A DNA stretch of 64,000 nt from Candidatus Hydrogenedentota bacterium. GTDB taxonomy: Bacteria > Hydrogenedentota > Hydrogenedentia > Hydrogenedentales > JAEUWI01. The notes beneath the pieces are model-generated. The model ran no database searches, had not been told where the DNA came from, and saw nothing but the letters and a program-made list of their open reading frames with translations. The DNA lies in assembly GCA_034669905.1 (NCBI GenBank), contig JAXMOL010000014.1, forward strand, positions 1 through 64,000, given 5' to 3'. Below are positions 47,611-56,829 of the stretch, in pieces (position 1 is the first letter of the stretch; every line of letters starts with the position of its first letter). The position numbers were made by a program, and so were the translations under genes.

Positions 47611-48981
47611 TCAGGGATTATCCACATAACCCAAGGCTTCGAGGCGCTCACGGTCGGCCTCACTCAACGGCGCACCATCCACGGCGCCCCCGTCAAGTGT
47701 CCGGTGTTCCTCGAGCAGGTCCGCAAACGCACGAACCCGCTCGGGCGCGATGGTCGCTAAGTCCTGCGCCTCTTTGGGGTCCCGCTCCAGGTTAAAGAGC
47801 GACGTCGTCTCCGTGCGGCGATCCACCAGGTAGCTGTAGCCGTCGCGGTACACGCCCTCCACCTGCACGCCCAAGGCAGGCCAGGGTCCCCGGGAGAACG
47901 AATAGACCGTCGCGGAAGACACGGGCTTTTCCCAATCTGCTTTCCCGTCGAGGTAGTCCAGCAGTTGTTGTCCCAACAGCTGGGTGGACACGGTCGTTTT
48001 TATTTCCTGCTGCGGCACCCTCGGCCCTACCCAGAAATAGGGCACGTGGACCTGCTCCTGAAAAAGAGTCGTGCCATGGCCCATGCCGCCCCGCTCCCAA
48101 AACTCCTCGCCGTGATCCGAGACAAACAAAAACACCGTATTCGGGTAGACGGATTGAATCCCGGTCACCAGCCCTTCGATGGCCTGGTCCATGGCGAGAC
48201 ACTCCAGATCATAACGATGGTGTACCCCTTCTTTCCCTTCCGGCGAAAGGTCGGGCAGGGTCGGCGCCGGTTGCAGGCCCAGGGCCGTCTGTACCTGGTC
48301 CATGTAGTAGGCCATGAAGCGTCCATCGTCGCCCAGCACTTCCCGGTCATAGGCCGTCATCTCCGGCTGCGGGCCGAGCGCATGGGCCAGCCCCTCGGGC
48401 ACGTGATAGGGCGCATGGGGCTCCATATAGTGGGCGTAGAGAAAGAAAGGGGCCGCAAATTCGGTAGCGGCGGCGAGCGACAGGGCCGTCACCTGGCTGG
48501 CCGGTGCCCCATTCGCAAAGTGATAGTCGCCCGCGACAAATCCCTGGGCAAAACCGAGGGCCGCCGTCAGGTTCGCATTGGTCTGATAGCCCCACGTGCG
48601 ATAGCCCCGCGCCTGCAACTGCTCGGCCAGGGTGACGTGTGATTCGGACAAGCGGTCACTGGTAGGGTGCGCCGGGTCTTCCTGCCGCGCACTGTAGATC
48701 ACCCCATGGGCCTCGGGCGATAGCCCTGTAAACAAAGACGCCATCGTCGGCTTGGTCCAACTGCTGGGGCTGATGGCGTGGCGATACGCTGTGCCCGAAG
48801 CAGCCATGCGGGACAAAAAAGGCATGACCGCCTTCCCGTTCCGCGTGGCATCGAGACGGTCGGCCCGCAGGGTGTCCATGACGACGAGCACCACATTGGG
48901 AGAAACCTCCGGCTCCACGGGGGCCTTGCATCCCCCCGCAAGAAGGAGCAGGCCGACCCACGCTACGCACGCCGTCTTCAC
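47611..48981 (-). CDS. Sulfatase/alkaline-phosphatase superfamily lipoprotein with a non-canonical Thr motif
   Basis: Lipobox-like AGGC; 'DTLRAD', 'SSWTKPTMAS', 'EPHAPY', 'SDHGEEF', 'LEALGY'. GTG overlaps the upstream TGA. Confidence 0.8.
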   Translation of the reverse strand: MKTACVAWVGLLLLAGGCKAPVEPEVSPNVVLVVMDTLRADRLDATRNGKAVMPFLSRMAASGTAYRHAISPSSWTKPTMASLFTGLSPEAHGVIYSARQEDPAHPTSDRLSESHVTLAEQLQARGYRTWGYQTNANLTAALGFAQGFVAGDYHFANGAPASQVTALSLAAATEFAAPFFLYAHYMEPHAPYHVPEGLAHALGPQPEMTAYDREVLGDDGRFMAYYMDQVQTALGLQPAPTLPDLSPEGKEGVHHRYDLECLAMDQAIEGLVTGIQSVYPNTVFLFVSDHGEEFWERGGMGHGTTLFQEQVHVPYFWVGPRVPQQEIKTTVSTQLLGQQLLDYLDGKADWEKPVSSATVYSFSRGPWPALGVQVEGVYRDGYSYLVDRRTETTSLFNLERDPKEAQDLATIAPERVRAFADLLEEHRTLDGGAVDGAPLSEADRERLEALGYVDNP

Positions 48982-50348
48982 TCGTGTTCCCATTTGAGAA
49001 TCCACGGGTCGTTGGTCCGCTCCTGATGGGCCTTGAGACGGCCCTGCATTTCGGCGAGCAACTCCGCATAGGCGGGATCGTCGGCCAGGTTCTTCACCTC
49101 ATCGGGGTCCACGTCCAGGTCATACAACTCGAATTCCGGACGATGGAGATAGGCCTCGATGGGACGATTCGCAAAGTGGGTCGCATCGGTAATCACGAGA
49201 TGCTGCCACGTTTTCGAGGCCCATAAGTCGGAAGCAAAAGGAAAGGACAGGCCATGGGCCAGATTCCAAATGAGTTTGTAGCGGCGGTCCCGCAGGACGC
49301 GCATGGGATAGTACATGGTGATTTCGTGGAAGGTATGACTCGCAAAAACGCTGTCCCACCCTTCCGGCGCGGGCTGGTCCAACACCGAAAGAAAGGAGCG
49401 TCCATGAAACGCCGCTTCCGCCGGCAAGAGCCCCGTGTAGTCCAAAATCGTCGGCGTAATATCTGCCCAGGTCACCATGGCGTTGGTCACCACGCCCTGC
49501 TGCGCCACATCGGGATTCCGCACCACACAGGGCAGGCGGAGCCCCGGTTCGTAGCAATTGGTCTTCGCACCGGGAAAAGCAATGCCGTTGTCCGATATAT
49601 AGATAATCAGCGTGTCGTCCCAATGCCCCGTGTCTTTCAACGTTTCTATCAAGGCCACCAGCCCCGAATCCGCCTGCTCCACGGAGCTGTAATACTCCGC
49701 CAACTCCTGACGGGTCGCCGCGTTATCGGGCAGAAAGGAAGGCACCAACACATCCTTGGGGTGCACCGCTTCGGCCTCCTCCCGCTTGAAAGGACGGTGG
49801 GGCTCCTGGGTACAGAAATAGAGAAAGAAGGGCCGCTCATCGTCGGCACGAATAAAGGCATCCGCCCCCGCCGCCAGTTTACTCGGCGAGTTGCCTTTGC
49901 CCTCCATGAAATCCTTCCCCCAGAATTCAAAGTCATATTGGGCCTGGGGTGCCACGTGGTATTTACCAAAGGAGGCCGTCCGGTAGCCTCCTTCACGCAA
50001 GCGATTGGGCAGGCTCTTCACGGAATCGAAGGTCTTGAAGTGGTGGTAGCTGTGGGCATGGCCATATTGACCATTCGCGTGATTCAACACGCCGGTAAGA
50101 ATCACCGAACGGCTCGCACTGCACGAGGGCGTGGTACAGAATCCGTGGGTAAACCGGGTGCCCGCTTCCGCCAAGGTGTCGAGTCCCGGCGTCTTGATCA
50201 CCGGGTTTCCGTAACACCCGGCGTCCGTGCTTCCCTGGTCATCGGTCACATACAACACGACGTTTTTCGGTGCGGCCTGGCTGAGCTCCGACGCCAACAC
50301 CACACCCAACACAACGGCCCATACGACAACATTCATTCGACCCATCAT
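48978..50348 (-). CDS. Sulfatase (N-sulfoglucosamine sulfohydrolase-like)
   Basis: Signal peptide; 'TDDQG', 'CSASRS..LTG', 'GKYH', 'PHRP', 'SDNG', 'HTFHEITMYYPMR'. Confidence 0.9.
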   Translation of the reverse strand: MMGRMNVVVWAVVLGVVLASELSQAAPKNVVLYVTDDQGSTDAGCYGNPVIKTPGLDTLAEAGTRFTHGFCTTPSCSASRSVILTGVLNHANGQYGHAHSYHHFKTFDSVKSLPNRLREGGYRTASFGKYHVAPQAQYDFEFWGKDFMEGKGNSPSKLAAGADAFIRADDERPFFLYFCTQEPHRPFKREEAEAVHPKDVLVPSFLPDNAATRQELAEYYSSVEQADSGLVALIETLKDTGHWDDTLIIYISDNGIAFPGAKTNCYEPGLRLPCVVRNPDVAQQGVVTNAMVTWADITPTILDYTGLLPAEAAFHGRSFLSVLDQPAPEGWDSVFASHTFHEITMYYPMRVLRDRRYKLIWNLAHGLSFPFASDLWASKTWQHLVITDATHFANRPIEAYLHRPEFELYDLDVDPDEVKNLADDPAYAELLAEMQGRLKAHQERTNDPWILKWEHE

Positions 50349-50486
50349 TCATACTTCCTGTCTGGCCGGACCATGGCCTCCACCGGCCCCTTGAATTCAC
50401 AGGGCGTCTCCGCCCAACATGGTACCGCTGTAGGATGCCCCACCTATCGGCAGGGTTACAAGTAAACCGGAGAGAGGAATACCCCC

Positions 50487-51872
50487 ATGGCCTTATCACG
50501 CCCCACCCTTTCCCGCCGCAATTTTCTGCGTGCGGCCGCCGCCACCTGCCTCACCGCCGCCACGTCGGCCCTGGCACGCCCTGCCCACGTACGCCAGAAG
50601 GCACCGAACATCCTCCTCATCATGGTGGACGACCTCGGCAATGGCGATTTAGCGAGCCACGGCGCAAAAGACATGCGGACGCCCCACATCGATGCCCTCA
50701 TGGAAGCGGGCATCCGTTTTGACCAGTTCTACGCCAACTGTCCCGTCTGCTCGCCCACCCGCGCCTCCCTGTTGAGTGGCCGCTATCCCGACAAGGCCGG
50801 CGTGCCCGGGGTCATCCGCACCTATTGGGACAACAACTGGGGTTATCTCCGTCAGGATATGGATTTGTTACCGGCAGCCCTCCGCCAGGGCGGCTATCAC
50901 ACCGCCATGGTGGGCAAATGGCACCTGGGCCTCGAATCGCCCAACAAGCCCAACGAGCGGGGTTTTGACCACTTCAAGGGTTTCCTGGGCGACATGATGG
51001 ATGACTTCGAAAACCACCGGCGCCATGGCATCGACTACATGCGAGAAAACGAAACACCCATCTACCCCCACGGCCACGCCACCGATCTATTGAGCCAATG
51101 GTCGGTGGACTACATCAAGTATCAACTCACCGCCGAGGCCCCCTTCTTCCTCTACCTTGCCTACAACGCGCCCCACACCCCCATCGAGCCGCCCGAGGGC
51201 TGGCTGAAGAAAGTGAAGGACCGCGAGCCGGGCATTTCGGACAAACGCGCCGGACTCGTCGCCTTAATCGAACACATGGACGACGGCATTGGCAAGGTGG
51301 TGAAAGCCCTGAAAGACACGGGGCAATATGAAGATACCCTCATCATATTCTGCTCCGACAACGGCGGCTATATGACCGTGGGCGCTACCAACGGACCCGT
51401 CCGCGGCGGCAAACAGGACATGTATGAAGGCGGCATTAAGGTGCCCATGTGCATGAGCTGGCCCGCAAAAATTCCTCACGGACAGCGCAACAACGACCCC
51501 ATCATGAGCATGGACTTCTACCCGACCCTCTGCGAAATGGCCCAGGTGCCCTACGACAAAAACATCGACGGCGAAAGCCTCGTACCCCTTATCGAAGGCA
51601 CGGGCACGGTGAACCCGGAGCGCACCATGATCTGGATGCGCCGGGAAGGCGGCCCCCACGGCGGACAGGATTACTATGCCATTCGCCGGGGCCCCTGGAA
51701 GCTGTTGCAAAACAGTCCCTTCGAGCCCCTCAAGCTCTACAACCTGCACGATGACCCCATGGAGGCCAATCCCCTCCCCGACAACCACCCTATGCGCAAC
51801 ACCCTCTTCACCGCCCTCCGGGAACACATCAACCAGACCGGCAGCATCCCCTGGCAACGCCCCAAAGCCTGA
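50487..51872 (+). CDS. Tat-exported arylsulfatase
   Basis: Tat motif 'SRRNFL'; 'DDLG', 'CSPTRASLLSGR', 'GKWHLG', 'APHTP', 'SDNGG'. Confidence 0.92.
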   Translation: MALSRPTLSRRNFLRAAAATCLTAATSALARPAHVRQKAPNILLIMVDDLGNGDLASHGAKDMRTPHIDALMEAGIRFDQFYANCPVCSPTRASLLSGRYPDKAGVPGVIRTYWDNNWGYLRQDMDLLPAALRQGGYHTAMVGKWHLGLESPNKPNERGFDHFKGFLGDMMDDFENHRRHGIDYMRENETPIYPHGHATDLLSQWSVDYIKYQLTAEAPFFLYLAYNAPHTPIEPPEGWLKKVKDREPGISDKRAGLVALIEHMDDGIGKVVKALKDTGQYEDTLIIFCSDNGGYMTVGATNGPVRGGKQDMYEGGIKVPMCMSWPAKIPHGQRNNDPIMSMDFYPTLCEMAQVPYDKNIDGESLVPLIEGTGTVNPERTMIWMRREGGPHGGQDYYAIRRGPWKLLQNSPFEPLKLYNLHDDPMEANPLPDNHPMRNTLFTALREHINQTGSIPWQRPKA

Positions 51873-51961
51873 ACGAGAAAAAGTGAGACGTCGGCGTCCC
51901 ACCGGTCAAGAGCCCACGTAAGACGTAAAACCGACCCTGACGCCATCCACGCCCATTCCGT

Positions 51962-52150
51962 GGAGTGCGTAAGCTTGCTTACGCCCTTACGGAGCAAGCT
52001 TGCTTGCGTCCCCACGCCAGTCGAAACAGAGCAATAAACAGCACAACAAGGACCCCATCCAGCTGCGGTCGTGTCGAAGAGCCAGGGCTGGACCTGGTAC
52101 ATGCCGGGAGCAAGCTCCCTCAAAAAAGTAGCAGCAAGCTGCCACACTCC
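51962..52150. repeat. REP-doublet element family B, opposite orientation to 40474
   Basis: GGAGTGCGTAAGCTTGCTTACGC ... GTAGCAGCAAGCTGCCACACTCC. Confidence 0.8.
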
Positions 52151-52284
52151 AAGGAGTCACCATTGGGATAGGCGTCCCACCCGCTGGCGACCTGTCAAGA
52201 GCGCTCGCAAGTCACAACAAGGGTGCCACCCTCAAACGGAGGAGCGAAGCGGGGGAAGTTTGTGGGTGAAGAGACTCCAAAGAG

Positions 52285-52389
52285 GGGGACGGCCCCGACG
52301 ACCGGGCGTGGCTCCCTTCTCGGAGCACTTCTAGTCCGCCCACACGTCAATCAGTCTACCCCATCGTTCCCCACGTCGGTGCAGTCCCC
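52285..52389. repeat. REP-doublet element family A (105 bp)
   Basis: GGGGACGGCCCCGACG ... CGTCGGTGCAGTCCCC, the same ends as the copies at 53-672. Confidence 0.82.
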
Positions 52390-52470
52390 GCCGGTCCATT
52401 GCGGCCAAATTCGGCACCGTGCTACACTGCCGTCCCTATGCCGCTGCCCCATCAAACCGGAGAATCCCCT

Positions 52471-53481
52471 ATGAAACCCACCATGCTCTTCGTCATCGGT
52501 GCCCCCCGCTCGGGCACCACGATGCTGGAGCGGATGCTGAGTGCCCATCCGGACATCCAGGGCGGCCCGGAGCCCCATCTCCTCACGCCTCTGGCCCACC
52601 TCGGCATCTGGGACACGGTCGATAAAGCCCCCTATGATCACGTGCTGGCCGCCGAATCGCAGAAGCTCTTTGTCTCTAAACTCCCCCAGGGAGAACAGGA
52701 TTACTGGGACGCCTGCCGCGCCTATTGCGACGTCCTTTATGGCCGCTACATGGAAGGCAAATCGGCCACCCTCTGCCTCGACAAGACGCCCGCCTATGCC
52801 CTCGTGCTACCCTTTCTACAACGCGTCTTTCCCGACGCCCGCTATGTGGTGCTCACCCGCCACCCCCTGGCCCTTTTCTCCTCCTTCGCCAACTCCTTTT
52901 TTGACGGCGACTACGAAGCGGCCCAGCAATACAACCCCATCCTCTCCCGCTACGTGCCGGCCCTGGCCGCCTTCCTTCGTCAGAAGGAGGTCCCCTTCCA
53001 CCACGTCCGTTATGAAGATCTCGTGAGCGCGCCCGAGTCCCACTTCGAAGCCATCTGCGGCCACCTCGACATCCCCTACACGGCGGACGCGGTAAACTAC
53101 GGCGAGAAACAATCGGGCGCGGTAAACGAAGGCCTCGGCGATCCCCTGGGCGTGCAACAACACACCCGCCCCAGCACCGACTCGGTGGAAAAGTGGGTCA
53201 ACGAACTGGCCCACGACACGGGCAAACGCCAGCTCATGGAATCCCTCATCAACGCCCTCGACCCCGACGACCTCGCTACCATCGGCTATCCCGTGGACCA
53301 TCTGTGGGACCCCCTCACGAAGAACGCCGACGTGCCGCCCCCGAAGAAACCCAAGCTCAACCGCTACCGCCTCCAGCGCAAGTTAATCGTGACGCTCCGC
53401 CGCTGGACCCAGGGCATTGCCCCCCTTCGGGCTCTCCTCCTCAAAATCCGCCTCGCCTGCGACGTCCTCACCCGCGAGTAA
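52471..53481 (+). CDS. PAPS-dependent sulfotransferase
   Basis: 5'-PSB loop 'GAPRSGTT', 'DKTP', 'LTRHP...S', 'VRYEDLV'; GGAG RBS. Confidence 0.9.
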   Translation: MKPTMLFVIGAPRSGTTMLERMLSAHPDIQGGPEPHLLTPLAHLGIWDTVDKAPYDHVLAAESQKLFVSKLPQGEQDYWDACRAYCDVLYGRYMEGKSATLCLDKTPAYALVLPFLQRVFPDARYVVLTRHPLALFSSFANSFFDGDYEAAQQYNPILSRYVPALAAFLRQKEVPFHHVRYEDLVSAPESHFEAICGHLDIPYTADAVNYGEKQSGAVNEGLGDPLGVQQHTRPSTDSVEKWVNELAHDTGKRQLMESLINALDPDDLATIGYPVDHLWDPLTKNADVPPPKKPKLNRYRLQRKLIVTLRRWTQGIAPLRALLLKIRLACDVLTRE

Positions 53482-53546
53482 GTGCGCGGGTCCACGACGC
53501 GACGTCTCCACCTTTTACCGCCCTCCCTCGGCACGGGTGTCTCTCT

Positions 53547-53593
53547 GGAGTGTGGCAGCTTGCTGCTACTTTTCTTGAGGGAGCTTGCTCCCG
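53547..53593. repeat. Half element of REP family B
   Basis: GGAGTGTGGCAGCTTGCTGCTAC...GGGAGCTTGCTCCCG, close to the reverse complement of 52105-52150. Confidence 0.78.
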
Positions 53594-53748
53594 GCAGGCC
53601 CGGGCCCGGCAGATCGCTTCACGCGAAACCCTGGCCCAAGCCCGCCACCATAGTGAAACCCGACGCGTTAGTGGTACGATAGCTAAAACGATTACCTTAC
53701 TATGTTCGACATTACACAACACCATCCCCCAGGAGAGACCGCTTACCC

Positions 53749-54105
53749 ATGGACATTTCATGGCAAGAAGCCAAAGCACTGTTACGCGAAGTACTCGAAG
53801 ACGAAATGGGCACCGGACGTCATGAAATAGCGCCCAAGTACCGGGGCGGCACCCTCGTCTTGAAACCTGCCGACGACGCCCTTCAGGGCAAAGAAATCCC
53901 CATCGACACCTTCTTCAAGAAGATTACCTCCGTACGCGAGAAATTGCGTGTGCTCGAACAAAAGATCAACAATCACAAAGCGCTCTCAGAAACCGACAAG
54001 GCCGAACTGCAACGCTTTATCACCAAAAGCTACGGCAGCCTGACGACCTTCAATGTCTTGTTTAAGGAAGAAGAAGACCGATTCGTGGGGTCCAAGGAAT
54101 CCTGA
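53749..54105 (+). CDS. Conserved hypothetical small protein
   Basis: AGGAG RBS; 118 aa with 'KEIPIDTFFKKI...LRVLEQKIN...YGSLTTFNVLF', a motif I recall from uncharacterised bacterial proteins. Confidence 0.8.
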   Translation: MDISWQEAKALLREVLEDEMGTGRHEIAPKYRGGTLVLKPADDALQGKEIPIDTFFKKITSVREKLRVLEQKINNHKALSETDKAELQRFITKSYGSLTTFNVLFKEEEDRFVGSKES

Positions 54106-54150
54106 TTACCAGCAATAAGGGGTAGCACACACCCCCGGAGCATTCGGACA

Positions 54151-56745
54151 ATGCGACATACGAGGCAAGAGGGGTCCCGCCATCAACCCGTCCCGGCAGC
54201 GCCCCGTTTCCCAGGCGTCGTCGCGCTCTCTGGGCTGGGCGTTTCCCTGCTCGGTCTTGCCAGCCACGCGGATACTGCAGCGTCGGAAGCCCTTGCCCCC
54301 AGCAACACGGGCTATATGTTCCTCGCGCTCCTGCTTTCTCTGACGCTGCTCGCCGTGGCGGGGTGGGCCTTTCGGCTCCTCGGCCAACTTCGCTCCGTCA
54401 GTGAAGCCCTGAACACGGCGAACGCCCGTCTCTCCCATGACACGAACGCCGTGGAAGCAAGCCTGCGTTCCGCGGAACCACAGCAGCGCATGTTGTTTGA
54501 GCAACTGCCCGTCGGATTGGCCCTGTGTCGATTGAATGGTGACCTGATCGACGTAAACCCCGCCTTTGCGCACATCCTCGGCCGGAGCGTGGAAGAAACG
54601 CTTCAACTGACCTACTGGGACATTACGCCGAAGTCCTATGAACAGGCGGAACTTGAACTGCTCGCCACCATCAACCAGGCCGGTCGATTTGGCCCCTACG
54701 AAAAAGAATACATTCATAAGGACGGCCACCTGGTTCCCGTTCGCTTGAGCGGCATCCTCATCAAACGCAATGGCGAGTCGCTGGTTTGGTCCTGTGTCGA
54801 AGACATTACCGACATCCGCTCGACCGAAGCCTCCCTCCGCGATCGGGAAGCCCAATACCACACCATATTTGATGCGGCCCCCGTCGGTCTTATCATCTCC
54901 AACCGCTCGGGCGAAACCGTCGCCGCCAACCGAGCCGCTGCCCAAATGCACGGCTACACGCCGGAAGAATTCATCACACTCCGCCCCGAGCAATTCATTC
55001 ACCCCAACTCCATGAATGCGTTCCAGCAATACATGGGCGCGGTTTTCAGCGAGCAGAGTATTCGCCTGGAGGCGCAAGACCTTCGGAGGGATGGCACCCC
55101 CATCGATATCGACGTTTTCGGCGTCCCCATGCGCTATGGCGGCGAAGTGCACGGATTGGGCATCCTGCAAGACATCACCGAACTGAAGCAGGCGGAGCAT
55201 CGCCGTCGCCTGAGTGATGAACGGTACCGCAGCCTCGTGGAAACCAGCCAGGAATGGATCTGGGAAATCGACGTCCAGGGGAATCACACCTTTTCCAACC
55301 CCGCCATCACCCATATCCTCGGTGTGGCATGCGACGCCTTTCTGGCCGAAGAAGCCTTCGCGAGAGTTCACCCCGATAACCGCGATTCGGTCCGCGCTGA
55401 ATTTGACCGTCACATCGCCGAAAAATCCGGCTGGCGATACTGGACCATTCGCTGGCGCCATGCCGACGGCACCTATCGCCACCTCGAAAGCAATGCGGAG
55501 CCCATACTCGATGCCAGCGGAAAGCTGACGGGGTTTCGCGGTGCAGATCGCGATATTACAGAACGCCTCAATGCCGAGCGGCTTCTTCGTGAATCCCTCC
55601 AGGCATCGGCAGACACCATTTCGGCCATTCCGTCGGGCATGATTATCTACCGCTACGAAGCGCCGTCGGCACTCTACATGATCGAGGCCAACCCCGCGGC
55701 ATCCCGATTAATGAACATTTCCCTTTCCGAAAAGATCGGAGAGGAGTTCGGTTCGGTATGGGCTGACTATGACCAACCCGGACTCAAAGACGCTATCGTG
55801 GAGGTCGTACACACCGGGACGCCGCTGCGACAAGACTATCTGAAGCGGGACGATACGGGTCAGATAGTCCTCGCCATGCACTTCCACGCCTTTCCCATGC
55901 CCAACAGTCAGGTGGGTGTCGCCTTCGAAGACATCCTGGAACATAAACAAACCGAGCAGAAACTCGAGCGCTACCGCTTCCAACTGGAAGAAATTGTGCG
56001 GGAACGCACCGAGGCCCTTGAAGAGGCCCAAAGCGAACTCATTAAGAAAGAGCGGCTCGCGGCACTGGGGCAACTGATCGGCATGGTGAGCCACGAACTC
56101 CGCAACCCCCTGGGCACCATCCGGGGCTCCCTCTTCAGCATCGGGAAACGGGTCGCTTCGGAAGACTACGACCGACTGCCCGCCATCATCGAACGGGCGG
56201 AACGCAATATCATTCGATGTGACCGCATTATCGAAGAACTACTCGACTTTTCCCGGGATCGCACCATTGATGTCGCAGAAGTCGACCTCGACCCCTGGCT
56301 CCGGGAAGTCTTCGCGGAAATCGATGAGCTGGACGGCATCACGTGCCAGTGGGCATTGGAAGCGAACATTACGATTCCCCTCGACACAGAACAGTTTCGC
56401 CGGGTACTCATTAATATCATTACCAACGCCGTACATGCGATGAATGAACCGGAAGCCCCCGGGAAAACGCTGACGGTCAGCACCCGGGTAATAGACGCGG
56501 ACGTCGAAATCGTCGTTGAAGACAGGGGCGTGGGCATCCCCCCTGAAATAATGGCACGAATCGGAGAGCCCCTCTTCAGTACCAAAGGCTTTGGTGTCGG
56601 ACTCGGCGTACCCATCATCGAAGAGATCGTCGCGGCACACGGTGGTTCCGTGACCTATGATTCCAGGGTAGGGCGGGGCACCCGCGTTCGTATACGCCTG
56701 CCCCACGCCTCCAGCCCCCCTGGCAGCGCCGTGGCAGAAACCTGA
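54151..56745 (+). CDS. Multi-PAS sensor histidine kinase
   Basis: N-terminal TMs; four PAS-like domains ('EDITD', 'QDITE', 'RDITE', 'EDILE'); 'SHELRNPL', N box, 'DRGVGI', 'GVGLG'. Confidence 0.92.
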   Translation: MRHTRQEGSRHQPVPAAPRFPGVVALSGLGVSLLGLASHADTAASEALAPSNTGYMFLALLLSLTLLAVAGWAFRLLGQLRSVSEALNTANARLSHDTNAVEASLRSAEPQQRMLFEQLPVGLALCRLNGDLIDVNPAFAHILGRSVEETLQLTYWDITPKSYEQAELELLATINQAGRFGPYEKEYIHKDGHLVPVRLSGILIKRNGESLVWSCVEDITDIRSTEASLRDREAQYHTIFDAAPVGLIISNRSGETVAANRAAAQMHGYTPEEFITLRPEQFIHPNSMNAFQQYMGAVFSEQSIRLEAQDLRRDGTPIDIDVFGVPMRYGGEVHGLGILQDITELKQAEHRRRLSDERYRSLVETSQEWIWEIDVQGNHTFSNPAITHILGVACDAFLAEEAFARVHPDNRDSVRAEFDRHIAEKSGWRYWTIRWRHADGTYRHLESNAEPILDASGKLTGFRGADRDITERLNAERLLRESLQASADTISAIPSGMIIYRYEAPSALYMIEANPAASRLMNISLSEKIGEEFGSVWADYDQPGLKDAIVEVVHTGTPLRQDYLKRDDTGQIVLAMHFHAFPMPNSQVGVAFEDILEHKQTEQKLERYRFQLEEIVRERTEALEEAQSELIKKERLAALGQLIGMVSHELRNPLGTIRGSLFSIGKRVASEDYDRLPAIIERAERNIIRCDRIIEELLDFSRDRTIDVAEVDLDPWLREVFAEIDELDGITCQWALEANITIPLDTEQFRRVLINIITNAVHAMNEPEAPGKTLTVSTRVIDADVEIVVEDRGVGIPPEIMARIGEPLFSTKGFGVGLGVPIIEEIVAAHGGSVTYDSRVGRGTRVRIRLPHASSPPGSAVAET

Positions 56746-56829
56746 ACGGCCCGTTTTTTATCCCACCCACGCTCCGTTATACTTCCCGGCAACGCCATAG
56801 CTGCTTTTTGCGACTCCAAAGGGACTCCC

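Noticed and set aside
45702..47795. 697-aa plus-strand ORF with internal repeats
   Set aside because: It consists of the REP tandem duplication plus the antisense shadow of the serine hydrolase gene.
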